Part shown: one piece after another, positions 1-10,722 of the stretch
Layout: every line of letters begins with the position of its first letter
Position numbering within the stretch: position 1 is the first letter of the stretch
NCBI GenBank assembly: GCA_951406725.2
Contig: OX597832.1
Coordinates: forward strand, 54,870,001-54,934,000
Direction of reading: 5' to 3'
DNA length: 64,000 nucleotides
Source: Octopus vulgaris
Lineage: Eukaryota
The notes under the pieces: generated by a model
Told to the model about the DNA's origin: nothing
Seen by the model: the letters and a program-made list of their open reading frames with translations, nothing else
Database searches by the model: none
Position numbers and translations under genes: made by a program

Positions 1-100
1 TGACGAGTCAGCAGGGGTTGGATTTCATGGCTAACAATGTTGTCTCATCGTACGACGTTGGTCGATCTCCCTCATCTCTCTTGCTTTTCTCCCTCTTTAT

Positions 101-137
101 TTCTCTCTCTCTTTCTCTCTCTCTATCCATCTATTTT

Positions 138-196
<59 letters not shown>

Positions 197-250
197 GCAT
201 ACATATGCATTTATGTATACATATGTAGATATATACATATGTATGTATAT

Positions 251-291
<41 letters not shown>

Positions 292-492
292 TATACATAT
301 ATATATATGCATATATATACGTATATACATATATAAATATACAATACATATGTGTATGTATATATATATATATGCATACATATACATATATATATATGCA
401 TATGCATACACACAAACAAAACACACAAACACACACACACACACACACACACATACACACATACACACATATATATATATATATATACACAT

Positions 493-550
<58 letters not shown>
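101..550. repeat. Compound (CT)n/(TA)n/(CA)n microsatellite
   Basis: Directly visible dinucleotide tracts; source of the YIYI/THTH pseudo-ORFs. Confidence 0.97.
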
Positions 551-628
551 GATGATCATGATGATAGCTTCATCTTGTCAACTGATAGCCGTATCACATT
601 CCGCTCGATTGTTCTGATTTACTTTCAG

Positions 629-738
629 CCCTGCATGTTCGCGGTTATGATTGGATATAACACCGCCACGCTGCCATCACCGTAGGAATTTATAAAATAC
701 AAAAACAGACCAAGAAATGAAATGATAGTGAGACATCT
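629..738 (+). other. Candidate non-coding or 5'UTR exon
   Basis: ttctgat branch-like motif, tttactttcAG acceptor (628) and CT|GTAAGT donor (739); stops in all three frames. Confidence 0.2.
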
Positions 739-1068
739 GTAAGTCATTATTGGATTTAGGTGACAAAAGCTTGTATAACACTTTTGCCACTCTCTCTGTC
801 GCCATGGTAGGTTTCAGTGACAAGAAATGCAAAATGACTCATACTGCGTAGAAATTAAGTTTTATGTCAGAATATCTTTCTGCGAGAAGAGTAGCTGCCT
901 TCTTCTCCAAAGTATACACTGCATCCGCTAGTGAGGACCCAGCTGGGGGGTTCTGGTGATGTGGAGAGCGTGCAGTCGCTCCTTGAGTACCATTAGTCCT
1001 GGGTCCGTTCTAATCTTGAACGGTAGTGCCCGTCAGGGCCCCACCTATGAGTTAAACATGCTTCACAG

Positions 1069-1557
1069 GGGAATTTGAACTCAGAACGTAGCGGCAGACG
1101 AAATGCCGCTAAGCATTTCGCCCGGCGTGCTAACGTTTCTTATTTCTCTATTGCCCAAAAGGAGCTAAACGTAGAGAGGACAAACAAGGACAGACAAACG
1201 GATTAAGTCGATTATATCGACCCCAGTGCGTAACTGGTACTTTATTTATCGACCCCAAAGGGATGAAAGGCAAAGTCGACCTCGGCGGAATTTGAACTCA
1301 GAACGTAACGGCAGACGAAATATCTCTTTCTTTACTACCCACAAAGTACTAAACACAGAGGGGACAAACAAGGACAGACAAACGAATTAAGTCGATTACA
1401 TCGACCCCAGTGCGTAACTGGTACTTAATTTATCGACCCCGAAAGGATGAAAGGCAAAGTCGACCTCGGCGGAATTTGAACTCAGAACATAACAGCAGAC
1501 AAAATACAGCTACGTATTTCGCCCGGCGTGCTAACGATTCTACCAGCTCACCGCCTT
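1069..1557 (-). mobile_element. tRNA-derived SINE family A, multimer
   Basis: GGCGGTGAGCTGG head, GAGTTCAAATTCC B-box, core GAGGTCGACTTTGCCTTTCATCCTTTCGGGGTCGATAAA, ~185-bp internal units; >20 related loci in the window. Confidence 0.92.
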
Positions 1558-1704
1558 CTATATACTATATACTACTGTCCGCTTAGCTACACTCGCTGTC
1601 AAATCTTGTGGTGGGGTCAACCTTAAACTGATTCCCTCCTTTTCGATAAGTCTGTCGTACTCCTTTAGCTTCTTTTTCTCCATCTTTACCTCTCGAACCT
1701 GTAA
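1558..1704 (-). pseudogene. LINE ORF1-like fragment (I/Jockey-type)
   Basis: Translates EKEGISLRLTPPQDLTASVAKRTVVYSI, resembling the 'PPxLxAKRTV' motif I recall from invertebrate LINE ORF1 proteins; not searched. Confidence 0.35.
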
Positions 1705-2522
1705 CATGTCTGGATTAACGAAAGATTTATGAGATGTGAAAAAATAATGATAATGAAAATGGCTTTCTACCCCACCAAAGTAGAAAGTTGGGATCTTTTC
1801 GGTTTGAACGGTAGCTTTTAACATAATTTCTAGCTAACTAAAAAATTTTAAACTTCGTATACTGGTAGAATGTGTTTATAAAACATCTTTTTCTCTTGGC
1901 TTTATTGAGAAAATTCTATAGTTTGTAAGATATATGTTGGTTTTTTTTTCTTCAATTTCTGCAATTTGAACCAATCAAAGGCGTCTATTGAGGTAAAAAC
2001 ATTCTGTGACGTATGAATATGTCCCTAGTTTAAGAAACAGATTGGGTTTACTTACATTTGTGAAGAAAAAAAGATACCCTTCCCCCCCACCCCTAACCCT
2101 AACCCTAAACCCTAAAACAGATTGAAATGCAATAGATCGATACTAGGGTCATAATTATGGGTTACAATTTCATATGACACCGCTAGAAAAAAACTGCCGT
2201 TCAAACCGAAAAGATCCGAAAGTTGCATTTTACTGTTTTTACTGTTCAGTTTGTATCTCTCTTTTTTTTTTTTTTAATTATCAGAAAACTCGTCATATCT
2301 TCAAAAGTTATCACAGGTGGTAATTCGTCGAATCGAACCCGCAATTCTGCATTTTCTATCCTACTCCCGAATATCTCTTTCAGTCTGGCTGCTTTGTTAT
2401 CATCTAATAATACTGCTTTCACGTTTCGACTCACCGCTTTATCTTGTAGTTTCACTCTGATAACTCCCTTCATTCATGCTATCCGTTTTTTTCAATTTCT
2501 ACGCTTTGCTCGTATCTCACCA
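1705..2522 (-). mobile_element. Retroelement 3' fragment, array unit 3 (unknown ORF C-terminus plus 3'UTR, interrupted by a MITE)
   Basis: Decayed frame LVRYEQSVEIEK/RIA*MKGVIRVKLQDK...LKEIFGSRIE...FDELPPVITFEDM aligns with ORF 39248-39565; 3'UTR motif AAAAACAGTAAAATG.AACT...AAGCCATTT is also shared. Confidence 0.7.
1791..2217 (+). mobile_element. MITE with GGATCTTTTCGGTTTGAACGG TIRs, 8-bp TSD and internal (CCCTAA)n (Merlin-like), copy 1
   Basis: TIRs at both ends; perfect TSD GAAAGTTG (1783-1790 and 2218-2225). Confidence 0.92.
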
Positions 2523-2539
2523 ACACCGGTGCCAACTCG

Positions 2540-3491
2540 TTTCTTTATTAGCCACAAGGGCCCAAAATAGAGGGGGGCGCAAACAAGAACAGAGAGGACA
2601 CCGCAGAGGGGACAATACATAAAACGAATATTAATGAGATGATTATATAACAATGAGGTTATGAATGGCTGCATGCGCCCCTCATCACATGTAGTACCAT
2701 TAATCTTTTGTTTTTTTACGGTCCATCATTATCATGTATTTACATAACAATTACCATGTTACATACCATTGCAAGTATTTGAACCGTTAAATACATTATC
2801 TACAATTGTTCAATATTTTTCAGTATTTTTTTAAACATAACATAAAACACTTTACTCTTTCTTTTTTCCTTGTTTTTTTTTCCTCCTTTCTTTTTTTCCC
2901 GTCAATTTAACATACTTATTTTCTTTTTAATAGTACTTCATCAATGGTTCAATTTCTATTAGATCTACTACTGGTGGCAATTCTTTGAATTCCACCCTCA
3001 CTCCTGGTAGATCAATACTATATCCGGATCTTTTCGGTTTGAACGGCAGTTTTTTCTAGCGGTGTCATATGAAATTGTCACCCATAATTATGACCCTAGA
3101 ATCGATCTATTGCATTTCAATCTCTTTTAGGGTTAGGGTTAGTTAGGGTTAGGGGTGGGGGAAGGGTATCTTTTTTTCTTCACAAATAAACCCAATCTGT
3201 TTCTTAAACGAGGGACATATTCATACGGCACAGAATGCCTTTTAACTCAATAGACGTCACTGATTGGTTGAAATTGCAGAAATTGAAGAAAACAAAACAA
3301 CAAATATCTTACAAACTATAGAATTTTCTCAATAAAGCCAAGAGAAAAAGATGTTTTATAAACATATTCTACCAGTATACGAAGTTTAAAATTATTTAGT
3401 TACCTAGAAATTATGTCAAAAACTGACGTTCAAACCGAAAAGATCCCTATCTCCACACATTTCTTCCAGTTTCTTGTAATTTTCCTTTTCT
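2540..3491 (-). mobile_element. Retroelement 3' fragment, array unit 2
   Basis: With the MITE removed it reads VEKENYKKLEEMCGDSIDLPGVRVEFKELPPVVDLIEIEPLMKYY* (stop 2929-2927); 3'UTR ends CCCTTGTGGCTAATAAAGAAA; flanked by ACACCGGTG(T/C)CAACTC at 3492-3507 and 2523-2538. Confidence 0.72.
3026..3446 (-). mobile_element. Merlin-like MITE, copy 2
   Basis: Same TIRs; TSD CTATATCC/CTATCTCC (1 mismatch); internal (TTAGGG)n. Confidence 0.92.
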
Positions 3492-3508
3492 ACACCGGTG
3501 TCAACTCA

Positions 3509-3624
3509 TTTCTTTATTTGACACCCTGGCCACTAACACAGAGGGGGACACTACAACTGAATGTCTTTATTCTGGCACTCTGGCCACTAACACAACTGTC
3601 GGCAGCTTAAAGAGTTTCTTTATT
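3509..3624 (-). mobile_element. Short retroelement-like 3' tails (upstream array units)
   Basis: Two copies of TGTGTTAGTGGCCAG...AATAAAGA(A/C)A plus a third AATAAAGAAA at 3624-3615; same orientation as units 2 and 3. Confidence 0.5.
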
Positions 3625-3650
3625 TTATTGGAATACATCAGACCCCTTTT

Positions 3651-3723
3651 GGTCACGTGGGGGTGCTCAGGATCCTTCCACAACACTCTTGTCACGTGAT
3701 ATCGTTTACGAGTAATGGCGGCC
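3651..3723. promoter_or_regulatory. Promoter-like motif cluster (YY1-like site, two GTCACGTG E-boxes)
   Basis: AATGGCGGCC at 3714-3723; CACGTG at 3654-3659 and 3693-3698; motif match only. Confidence 0.25.
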
Positions 3724-3989
3724 TTGAAAATGGAGTTGTAGCGAAACAATTGTACCTGCAATTACAGGTGTGCTTGGTTCTTTGTTCGGCTTCGTAATTG
3801 TATGATATATGTGTGTATGCGCGTGTGTGTCTGAATGACTGTGTGCATTTATTACACTTTTGCAAGGAAAAGGTTGAAAGTGACATCGAAGTTTCAGCTT
3901 GGTCGACTTCGTCAGGCCGTCCTGAAAATGTTGAGTAACCTTTCAACTTAATAACGCTGAATGCATTTCATGAATACGCTGACGGTAAT

Positions 3990-4590
3990 GTTTGCGCACG
4001 CATGCGTGTGTGCGTGCGTGTGTCTGTGTGTGCGTGCGTGCGTGTGTATGTGTGAGGGAGAGAGAGTGTGTATGTGTGTGTGCATGTGTGTGTGCATGTG
4101 CGCGTGAGTGTGTGAGTGCGTGTGTGAGTGTATGAGAGTCTGTGAGTGTGTGAGTTTGTGTGTGCGTGCATGCGTGCGTATGTCTGTGTGTGTGTGCGTG
4201 CGTGTGTGTGTATGTGAGAAAGGGTTTCTATGTGTGTGTGCATGTGCGCGTGAGTTTGTGAGTGCGGGTGTGTGTGTGTGAGAGTGTGTGAGTGTGTGCG
4301 TTTGTGTGTGCGTGTGTGCGAGCGTGTGTGCATGTGCGCATGAGTGTGTGAGTGCATGTGTGCATGCGTGTGTGTGTGAGAGAGTTTGTATGTGTGTGTG
4401 TGCATGTGCTCGTGAGTGTGATGGGGAGGTAGTTAGGCTTGCAGGTATGTATGTATGCATGCATGTATGCATGTATGTATATATGTGTGTATGTATGTAT
4501 GTATGTATGTATGTAGGTAGGTAGGTAGGTAGGTAGGTAGGTAGGTAGGTAGGTAGGTAGGTAGATAGGTAGGTATGTAGGTAGATAGGC
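3990..4590. repeat. Degenerate (TG)n satellite followed by (TATG)n/(TAGG)n
   Basis: Directly visible. Confidence 0.95.
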
Positions 4591-5030
4591 ATATTTAAGT
4601 ACCTGTCAAGGGATGTCTGTGATAGTCCGCTATCGAAATTTACTTATTAGAAACGGTGAGTGAACATAGAAAGTGTGTCAGTTTTCACGCAGCCGTCCCT
4701 CATCCATGTCTAATATATTCTGTACATTTAAACGCAGAAGCGTCCCGCATATGCCAACGATTAATTATTTAATGTGTAGCCAAAAAAAACCCCAAAAAAA
4801 CAAGCAAACACAAAAGGAAAAAAAAGAAGAAAAAATATCGTAAAGTAAATAATGTGAGTTGGCAATAAGAACTACGTAAAATTGTTTTCATTTCAAGTTT
4901 TTCCAGTTCGCGGTGTCTTATTCGAAAGAAATTACTTTGCTACGGGAGACGTTAGATAATTTTGTTATTTGACGCTGTCGCTGGAGGACGCACAGTATTT
5001 GACAAATTTGCTCACAAAAGCCGTTGAAAG

Positions 5031-5487
5031 GGATCTTTTCGGTTTGAACGGTAGTTTTTTTTTTTAATAATTTCCACGTAACTAAACACTTTTAAACTTC
5101 GTATACTGGTAGAATGTGTTTATAAAACATCTTTTTCTCTTGGCTTTATTGAGAAAATTCTATAGTTTGTATGATATTTGTTGCTTTTTTTCTTCAATTT
5201 CTGCAATTTCAACCAATCAATGACGTGGAAATGAGGTGAAAACATTCTGTGCCGTATGAATATGTCCCTCGTTTAAGAAACAGATTGGGTTTATTTACAT
5301 TTCTGAAGAAAAAAAAAAGATACCCTTCCCCCACCCTCACCCCTAACCCTAACCCTAACCCTAACCCTAACTAACCCCAACCCTAAAACAGATTGAAATG
5401 CAATAGATCGATACTAGGGTCATTATTATGGGTGACAATTTCATATGACACCGCTTGAAAAAACTGCCGTTCAAACCGAAAAGATCC
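5031..5487 (+). mobile_element. Merlin-like MITE, copy 3
   Basis: TIRs; TSD GTTGAAAG/GTTTAAAG; longest (CCCTAA)n tract, ~5341-5386. Confidence 0.92.
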
Positions 5488-5522
5488 GTTTAAAGTTTTT
5501 CAAGAGTTTTGATGGTTTAGCT

Positions 5523-5558
<36 letters not shown>

Positions 5559-5579
5559 TATTTACTAATTTGAATACAT

Positions 5580-5785
5580 ACTCTTTTACTTGTTTCAGTT
5601 ATTTAACTGTGGCCATGCTGAAGCACCGCCTTTAGGCGAGCAAATCGACCCCCCAGGAATTATTCTTTGTAAGCCTAGTACTTATTCTATCGGGGGGGTT
5701 TTTTTCTGAAGTTACGGGGACGTAAACACACCAGCATCGGTTGTCAAGCGATGTTGGGGGACAAGCACAGACACACAAACATACG
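5580..5785 (-). mobile_element. SINE family B, 3' part
   Basis: Matches the tail ...AAAGGCGGTGCTCCAGCATGGCCGCAGTCAAATGACTGAAACAAGTAAAAGAG of the full copy at 17799-18236. Confidence 0.85.
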
Positions 5786-6029
5786 TTTAAGTGAACTATT
5801 ATTTTCTGATAAGAGTTCATATATCGAAGCAAGAATATAATCGGGGATTTTTTTTGAAAATTGTAACTTTTTAATTTATAAGTAGTTTGGTATTTAAACG
5901 TCCATATCAGGCCCAAATATTCTACCTGTTTTGTGCTCAAACCATCTAGATCCAGCCTCTCACACCATCCCTACAATGTCATTCTGACAATAAACAATTA
6001 CATGACTGAGATCTTGAAGCTATGAGGTC

Positions 6030-6190
6030 ACACTCGGTCGGTTACGACGACGAGGGTTCCAGTTGATCCGACCAACGGAACAGCTTGCTCGTGAAATTAA
6101 CGTGCAAGTGGCTGAGCACTCTACAGACACGTGTACCGTTTACGTAGTTCCCAGGGCGATTCAGCGTGACACAGAATGTGAAAAGGCTCC
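6030..6190 (-). mobile_element. SINE family C, 3' part
   Basis: Matches the tail of the full copy at 42901-43284 (CCCTCGTCGTCGTAACCGAC). Confidence 0.85.
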
Positions 6191-6274
6191 CCACGCCTAT
6201 TTTTTATCGATCCTCCAATTTAGATTTCAATGTTTAAGAGTGCGAATTGTCGATTGATTAAGATGAGCTTTCAG

Positions 6275-6478
6275 ATATACCTTTATATACGTCGTTTATC
6301 AAGGTCGAGCCCCAGCTCAAGCCAATACTCCATATGAATGTATTACCCCCAGCTGAAGGCATTACCACAGCTGAAGGTATTAACAATTCCAGCTCAAGGC
6401 AATGTCTCATCTGAAGGCGGTGACCCAGCTGAAAGCGGTACCTCAGCTCAAGACGTTGCTTCTGTGGATGGCTTATAA
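6275..6478 (+). pseudogene. Decayed terminal-exon-like segment with 18-bp/hexapeptide repeats
   Basis: Recurring (C/T/A)CAGCT(G/C)AAGGC units; reads PAQANT, PAEGIT, TAEGIN, PAQGNV, PAESGT, SAQDVA with two frameshifts; ctttcAG upstream, AATAAA ~95 bp downstream. Confidence 0.3.
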
Positions 6479-6665
6479 TAGGGAAAAAAACATGTGTATA
6501 AATTAATATTTTATACAAAATTATTCGCAACCATTTTGTTATTTTAAAAACTGATACAGAATTTTTAATGAAATAAATGGGGAAGAATTACAATTAAAGA
6601 AACTTTTTGTATCAATTTTTAATGAAGTACAAAACCAGACATATTTCATTTTAATTTATCGATTA

Positions 6666-7840
6666 GGGGCGACGAGCAGCCAAAATCATTAGCACGCCAG
6701 ACAAAATGTTTAGCCACATTTCTTCCGGTTTTACGTTCTGAGTTCAAATTCCACCGAGGTCGACTTTAACTTTCATCCTTTCGGGGTCGATAAAACAAAT
6801 ACCAATAAAGTACTGGGGATTGATCGTAATCGCCTTCCCCTTAGCCCTCAAAAACCGCTGATTCTGTGCCAAAATTCGAAACAATTATTATTCAGGTTGT
6901 GTATTCCATCGAGGTCGAGTTTGTTCTTCATCCTTTCTGGGTCGATAAAATAAGTACCAGCTGAGTACTGGGATCGATGCAATCGACTTAACCCCTCCCC
7001 CAAATAGCTGGCCCTGTGCGAAAATTTGAAACCATTAGTATTCAGGTGGCGAGCTGGCAGAATCGTTAGCATGTCGAGCGAATAGCTTAGTGGCATTTTA
7101 TCCTTCTTTATGCTCTGAGTTCAACTTCCGCCAAGGCTGACTTTATCTTTCATCCTTTCAGGGTCGATAAAATAAGTACCATTCGAGTAGTGGGGTCGAT
7201 GCCGTCGACTTACCCATTCCCCAAAAAATCTGGCCCTGTGCCAAAATTTAAAAAACCATTATTATTCAGGCGGTGAGCTGGCAGAATCTTTAGTACGCCG
7301 GACAAAATGCTTAGCGGCCTTTCGTCCGTCTTTATGTCCTGAGTTCAACTTCCACCGAGGTCGACTTTGCCTTTCCTCCTTTTGGGGTCGATAGAATAAG
7401 AAACAATTGAGCTTTGCGGTCGGTGTAATCGACCAGCTCCGTCTCCTAAAATTTCAGGTTTTGTGCCTATAATAGAAATTCCGCCGAGGTCGACTTTGCT
7501 TTTCATTCTTTCGGGGCTAGATAAACTAAGTACCAGTTGCGAAATGGAGTCGATCTAATCGACTGGCCTTTTCCCCCAAAGTGGCCTTGTGCCTAGAGTA
7601 GAAAAGAATAGAAATGATTATTATTAAAGCGACGAACTGGTAGAATCGTTAGCGAATCGGACAAAATTCTTAGCGGCATTTCTTCCGGATGTTTACGTTC
7701 TGAGTTCAAATTTCGTCGAGGCGGATTTTCCTTCCTTTCTTTCGCAGTCCAGAAAACAAGTACTAGCTGAGCCTGGGGCCAAAAGAAATCGGCTTACTCC
7801 TTCCCCACAAATGTCAGGTCATTTGCTTAAAACAGAAATA
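6666..7840 (+). mobile_element. Head-to-tail cluster of ~6 diverged SINE-A copies (short-tail type)
   Basis: Repeated GGCG..GAGCTGGCAGAATCGTTAGC heads and TTTCATCCTTTCGGGGTCGATAA cores, each ending GCCYTGTGCCAAAATTTGAAACC-like. Confidence 0.88.
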
Positions 7841-8360
7841 ATTATTCTACCTCATGATGGAGTCTCTCTCTACTTACTCGCTCGGCTAAAACTAGTAACC
7901 AAATGTCACTGAAAATCACAATTTCCTGACTTAACGAGATCATTCCAACTCATGCAATTAGGTCAAACACTTCCATTTTCAAAAACAGCAACAACAACAA
8001 TAATAACTCAACGACTACAACAGTACAGAAATATATTTAATTGCATCCAAAAATAGCCACCGAGACAAAAGACAGCGGCAGCGACACAATTATGAACAGT
8101 CGCGTGCGTGATATTTTAATGTCGGCCGGAAGTGATAAACGATCGTTCTCATTTAACAAAGAACTGAATGCGTTTTAAGGAAGTTGAGGTCACAGCAAAT
8201 GAGAAATTTCCCGACTAATATGAGGGATGCGAGTGAGGAGGGCTGAGCGTTGCGTTGAAAATGGATCATAAATGCAATATTTTTTATGAAAATATACTAA
8301 AACTGGAATTTTTTGACAGCTAGTATTCATTTGGGATAACAATTACGCACGTATGTTCTT

Positions 8361-8520
8361 ATGAATGTATGTATGTATGTAAGTATGTATGTATGTATGT
8401 ATGTATGTATGTATGTATGTATGTATGTATGTATGTATGTATGCATGTATGTGTGCATGTATGTATGTATGTATGTATGTATGTATGTATGTATACACAC
8501 ACATATACATGTATCTATAT
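8361..8520. repeat. (TATG)n microsatellite
   Basis: Directly visible. Confidence 0.97.
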
Positions 8521-8533
8521 GTCTAACTGACTA

Positions 8534-9052
8534 CCGTAAATCCTCGAGTATAGTCCGCCCTTGAGTATAATACGCAGTGGATTTTTAGGGGGATGTACCT
8601 CTGAAAAACCTAAACTTTGTGTATAATACGCACCCCTTCTCTTACTTGAGTCGTGCGTAATTAAACCAACAGCATCTAGTCGAACAAACACTTCTGCGCA
8701 TGCGTAATATAATAATGCTGTTTTAAACTGTTATATGGAAATGTAAGTATGTTTGCAAATTGTTTTTGTTACATGTTATTCTGTGTTCTGAATACTCTAA
8801 TTTTAATAAATGTTGCTTACTGCAAGTTATGGATGATTATTTTATGACTTCATTGCTTTCAGGCTTAGCTTAAGGTATTTTCGCGCCCGACATCACAAAA
8901 TGCGTCTGAATAAACATTGCCGGACAGCAAATAGAGACTCGGACATTGCTTAGCAAATATTTTTCATTTTTAATCTCGTATATAGTACGCACTAGGGATT
9001 TTGACCTTTAAATTTTGGGGGAAAAATGCGGATTATACTCGACGATTTACGG
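8534..9052. mobile_element. Tc1/mariner superfamily (pogo/Tc2-type) MITE
   Basis: TIRs CCGTAAATCCTCGAGTATAGTCCGC / GCGGATTATACTCGACGATTTACGG with TA on both sides; non-coding interior. Confidence 0.85.
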
Positions 9053-9101
9053 TATCTATCTCATTCTATACGTATAAACACACACACTCATATGTGTATG
9101 T

Positions 9102-9310
9102 ATATATTCAGAAGGTTGTTTGTTATGTCTGATTAGAGAGTGATCATTGGTTTCGCACCTATAAAGCGTTGTCGTATGGGAGACTCGTCAGAATCGCTGC
9201 CCTGGGTAAGAGGTTATGTGCTTCCGGCCAACGACTCTCACGAGTCTCCCCTACAGCTAAGCATTTTATAGGTGCTGAACCAACGGTCACTCTCTAACCT
9301 TCTAAATATA
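9102..9310. mobile_element. Inverted-repeat Penelope-like terminal fragment with two hammerhead-like cores
   Basis: Arms are reverse complements; the left arm on the minus strand reads CTGACGA-G...C-GAAA-CCAATGATC-ACTC; the right arm is a degenerate copy. Confidence 0.55.
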
Positions 9311-9361
9311 TTATAACTCTCTCTCTCTCCCTCCCTCTCTTTATATATATATATATATATA

Positions 9362-9438
<77 letters not shown>

Positions 9439-9440
<2 letters not shown>

Positions 9441-9593
9441 TTTATTTAAAGCAGCAGAAAATTCCACAAAACCTGTTACTCTGAGTAACAGGTTTGTGGA
9501 ATTTTCTGCTGCTTTAAATACAGCATATTACTCTACCACTGGTATTTGAGTACTCTTTTTTTCCACCTTGTTTCACATATATGTGTTTACTCC

Positions 9594-9594
<1 letters not shown>
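9439..9594. mobile_element. Near-perfect ~80-bp palindrome within (TA)n, probable Penelope-like remnant
   Basis: TATTTAAAGCAGCAGAAAATTCCACAAAACCTGTTACTC-T-GAGTAACAGGTTTGTGGAATTTTCTGCTGCTTTAAATA. Confidence 0.55.
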
Positions 9595-9641
<47 letters not shown>

Positions 9642-9646
<5 letters not shown>

Positions 9647-10206
9647 AAAATGGTAAATAATTTTCCTGTGGTTTTTCATGTAACCAACAATTATTTACCG
9701 GTAAATTTCGGTATGTAAATACGACAAAATAATTGTCAAGACCTTTGTAAGGTTCAGTATATAGTAAAGAAAAATAAGTTGGCTAGCAGCAAGCTGTTTC
9801 GCCTCATACCGAAGGAATTAGAAATGGCAGTCAAAGACCGTTTTTTCCATTTCTATAAGTGGAGATTCCAAAAACGAAGGCCCTTGCGGCTCACATACAC
9901 AAAACCGGAGTGGCAAATATACGAATTCAGTCACTTACCGTTAATAGCGAACACGGTGTTTCTGGATCACAAACATATAAAAAAAGGGGAGTTTGAATTC
10001 CTTCTTCAGCGCTATATTCGTTAGCTTTATCAAATGCCACCAGCCCTCACTTCTGACCCAGCGACATCAGATAGTGGGGGGAAGTGCGCAGATGTTAAAA
10101 CCAAGTAACGACTGGGAACGTAAATTTTCCCTCCAAAATTCTGCCATGCGCGCCTTCTGGGTAATCGTAATGGAATGAGGAATCCACATGGTAATACAAT
10201 AAAAAT

Positions 10207-10209
<3 letters not shown>
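9642..10209 (-). mobile_element. Penelope-like terminal fragment in (TA)n
   Basis: Both ends carry AATAAAAATGGTA; weak split hammerhead TAGCG-CTGAAGA...GAAACAGCTTGC-TGCTA (10014-9784); shares the ATTCCTTCGG motif with the 10723 and 14692 motifs. Confidence 0.4.
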
Positions 10210-10274
<65 letters not shown>

Positions 10275-10336
10275 TTAAAAAGACGAAGAAAATGGAGATT
10301 GTTAAGTTAATAATTATTTATTATTAACACCAAATA

Positions 10337-10590
10337 AGGCGGTGAGCTGGCAGAGACGTTAGCACGCCGGGCGAAATGCGTAGCCGTATTTCGTCTGCAG
10401 CTACGTTCTGAGTTCAAACTCCGCCGAGGTTGACTTTGCCTTTCATCTTTGCGGGTCGATAAATAAAGTACCGGTTACGCACTGGGGTCGATGTAATCGA
10501 CTTAATCCGTTTGTCTGTTCTTGTTTGTCCCCTCTGTGTTTAGCCCCTTGTGGGTAGTAAAGAAATAGGTATTTCGTCTGCTGATACATT
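10337..10590 (+). mobile_element. SINE family A (long-tail type)
   Basis: Head, B-box, core and CCCCTTGTGGGTAGTAAAGAAATAGG junction. Confidence 0.9.
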
Positions 10591-10722
10591 CAAATTTCTA
10601 GGGTCTGCCTTTGACGTCGGATCTACTAACGGTTTTTTTTAAATACTTAATAGCGTTTTGTTTATCATTTACGCAGTCATCAAAATTGTTATAATGTCTT
10701 GTTGTTGAGAAAGGTTCTCTTT

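Noticed and set aside
2523-3624. CRISPR-like repeat-spacer reading of the 16-bp junction array
   Set aside because: Eukaryotic context, only two good repeat copies, very unequal spacers of retroelement origin and no cas genes; treated as TSD or target repeats.
3875-3925. Minus-strand CTGACGA...GAAAC...GTC hammerhead-like string
   Set aside because: Stems I and II do not pair convincingly.
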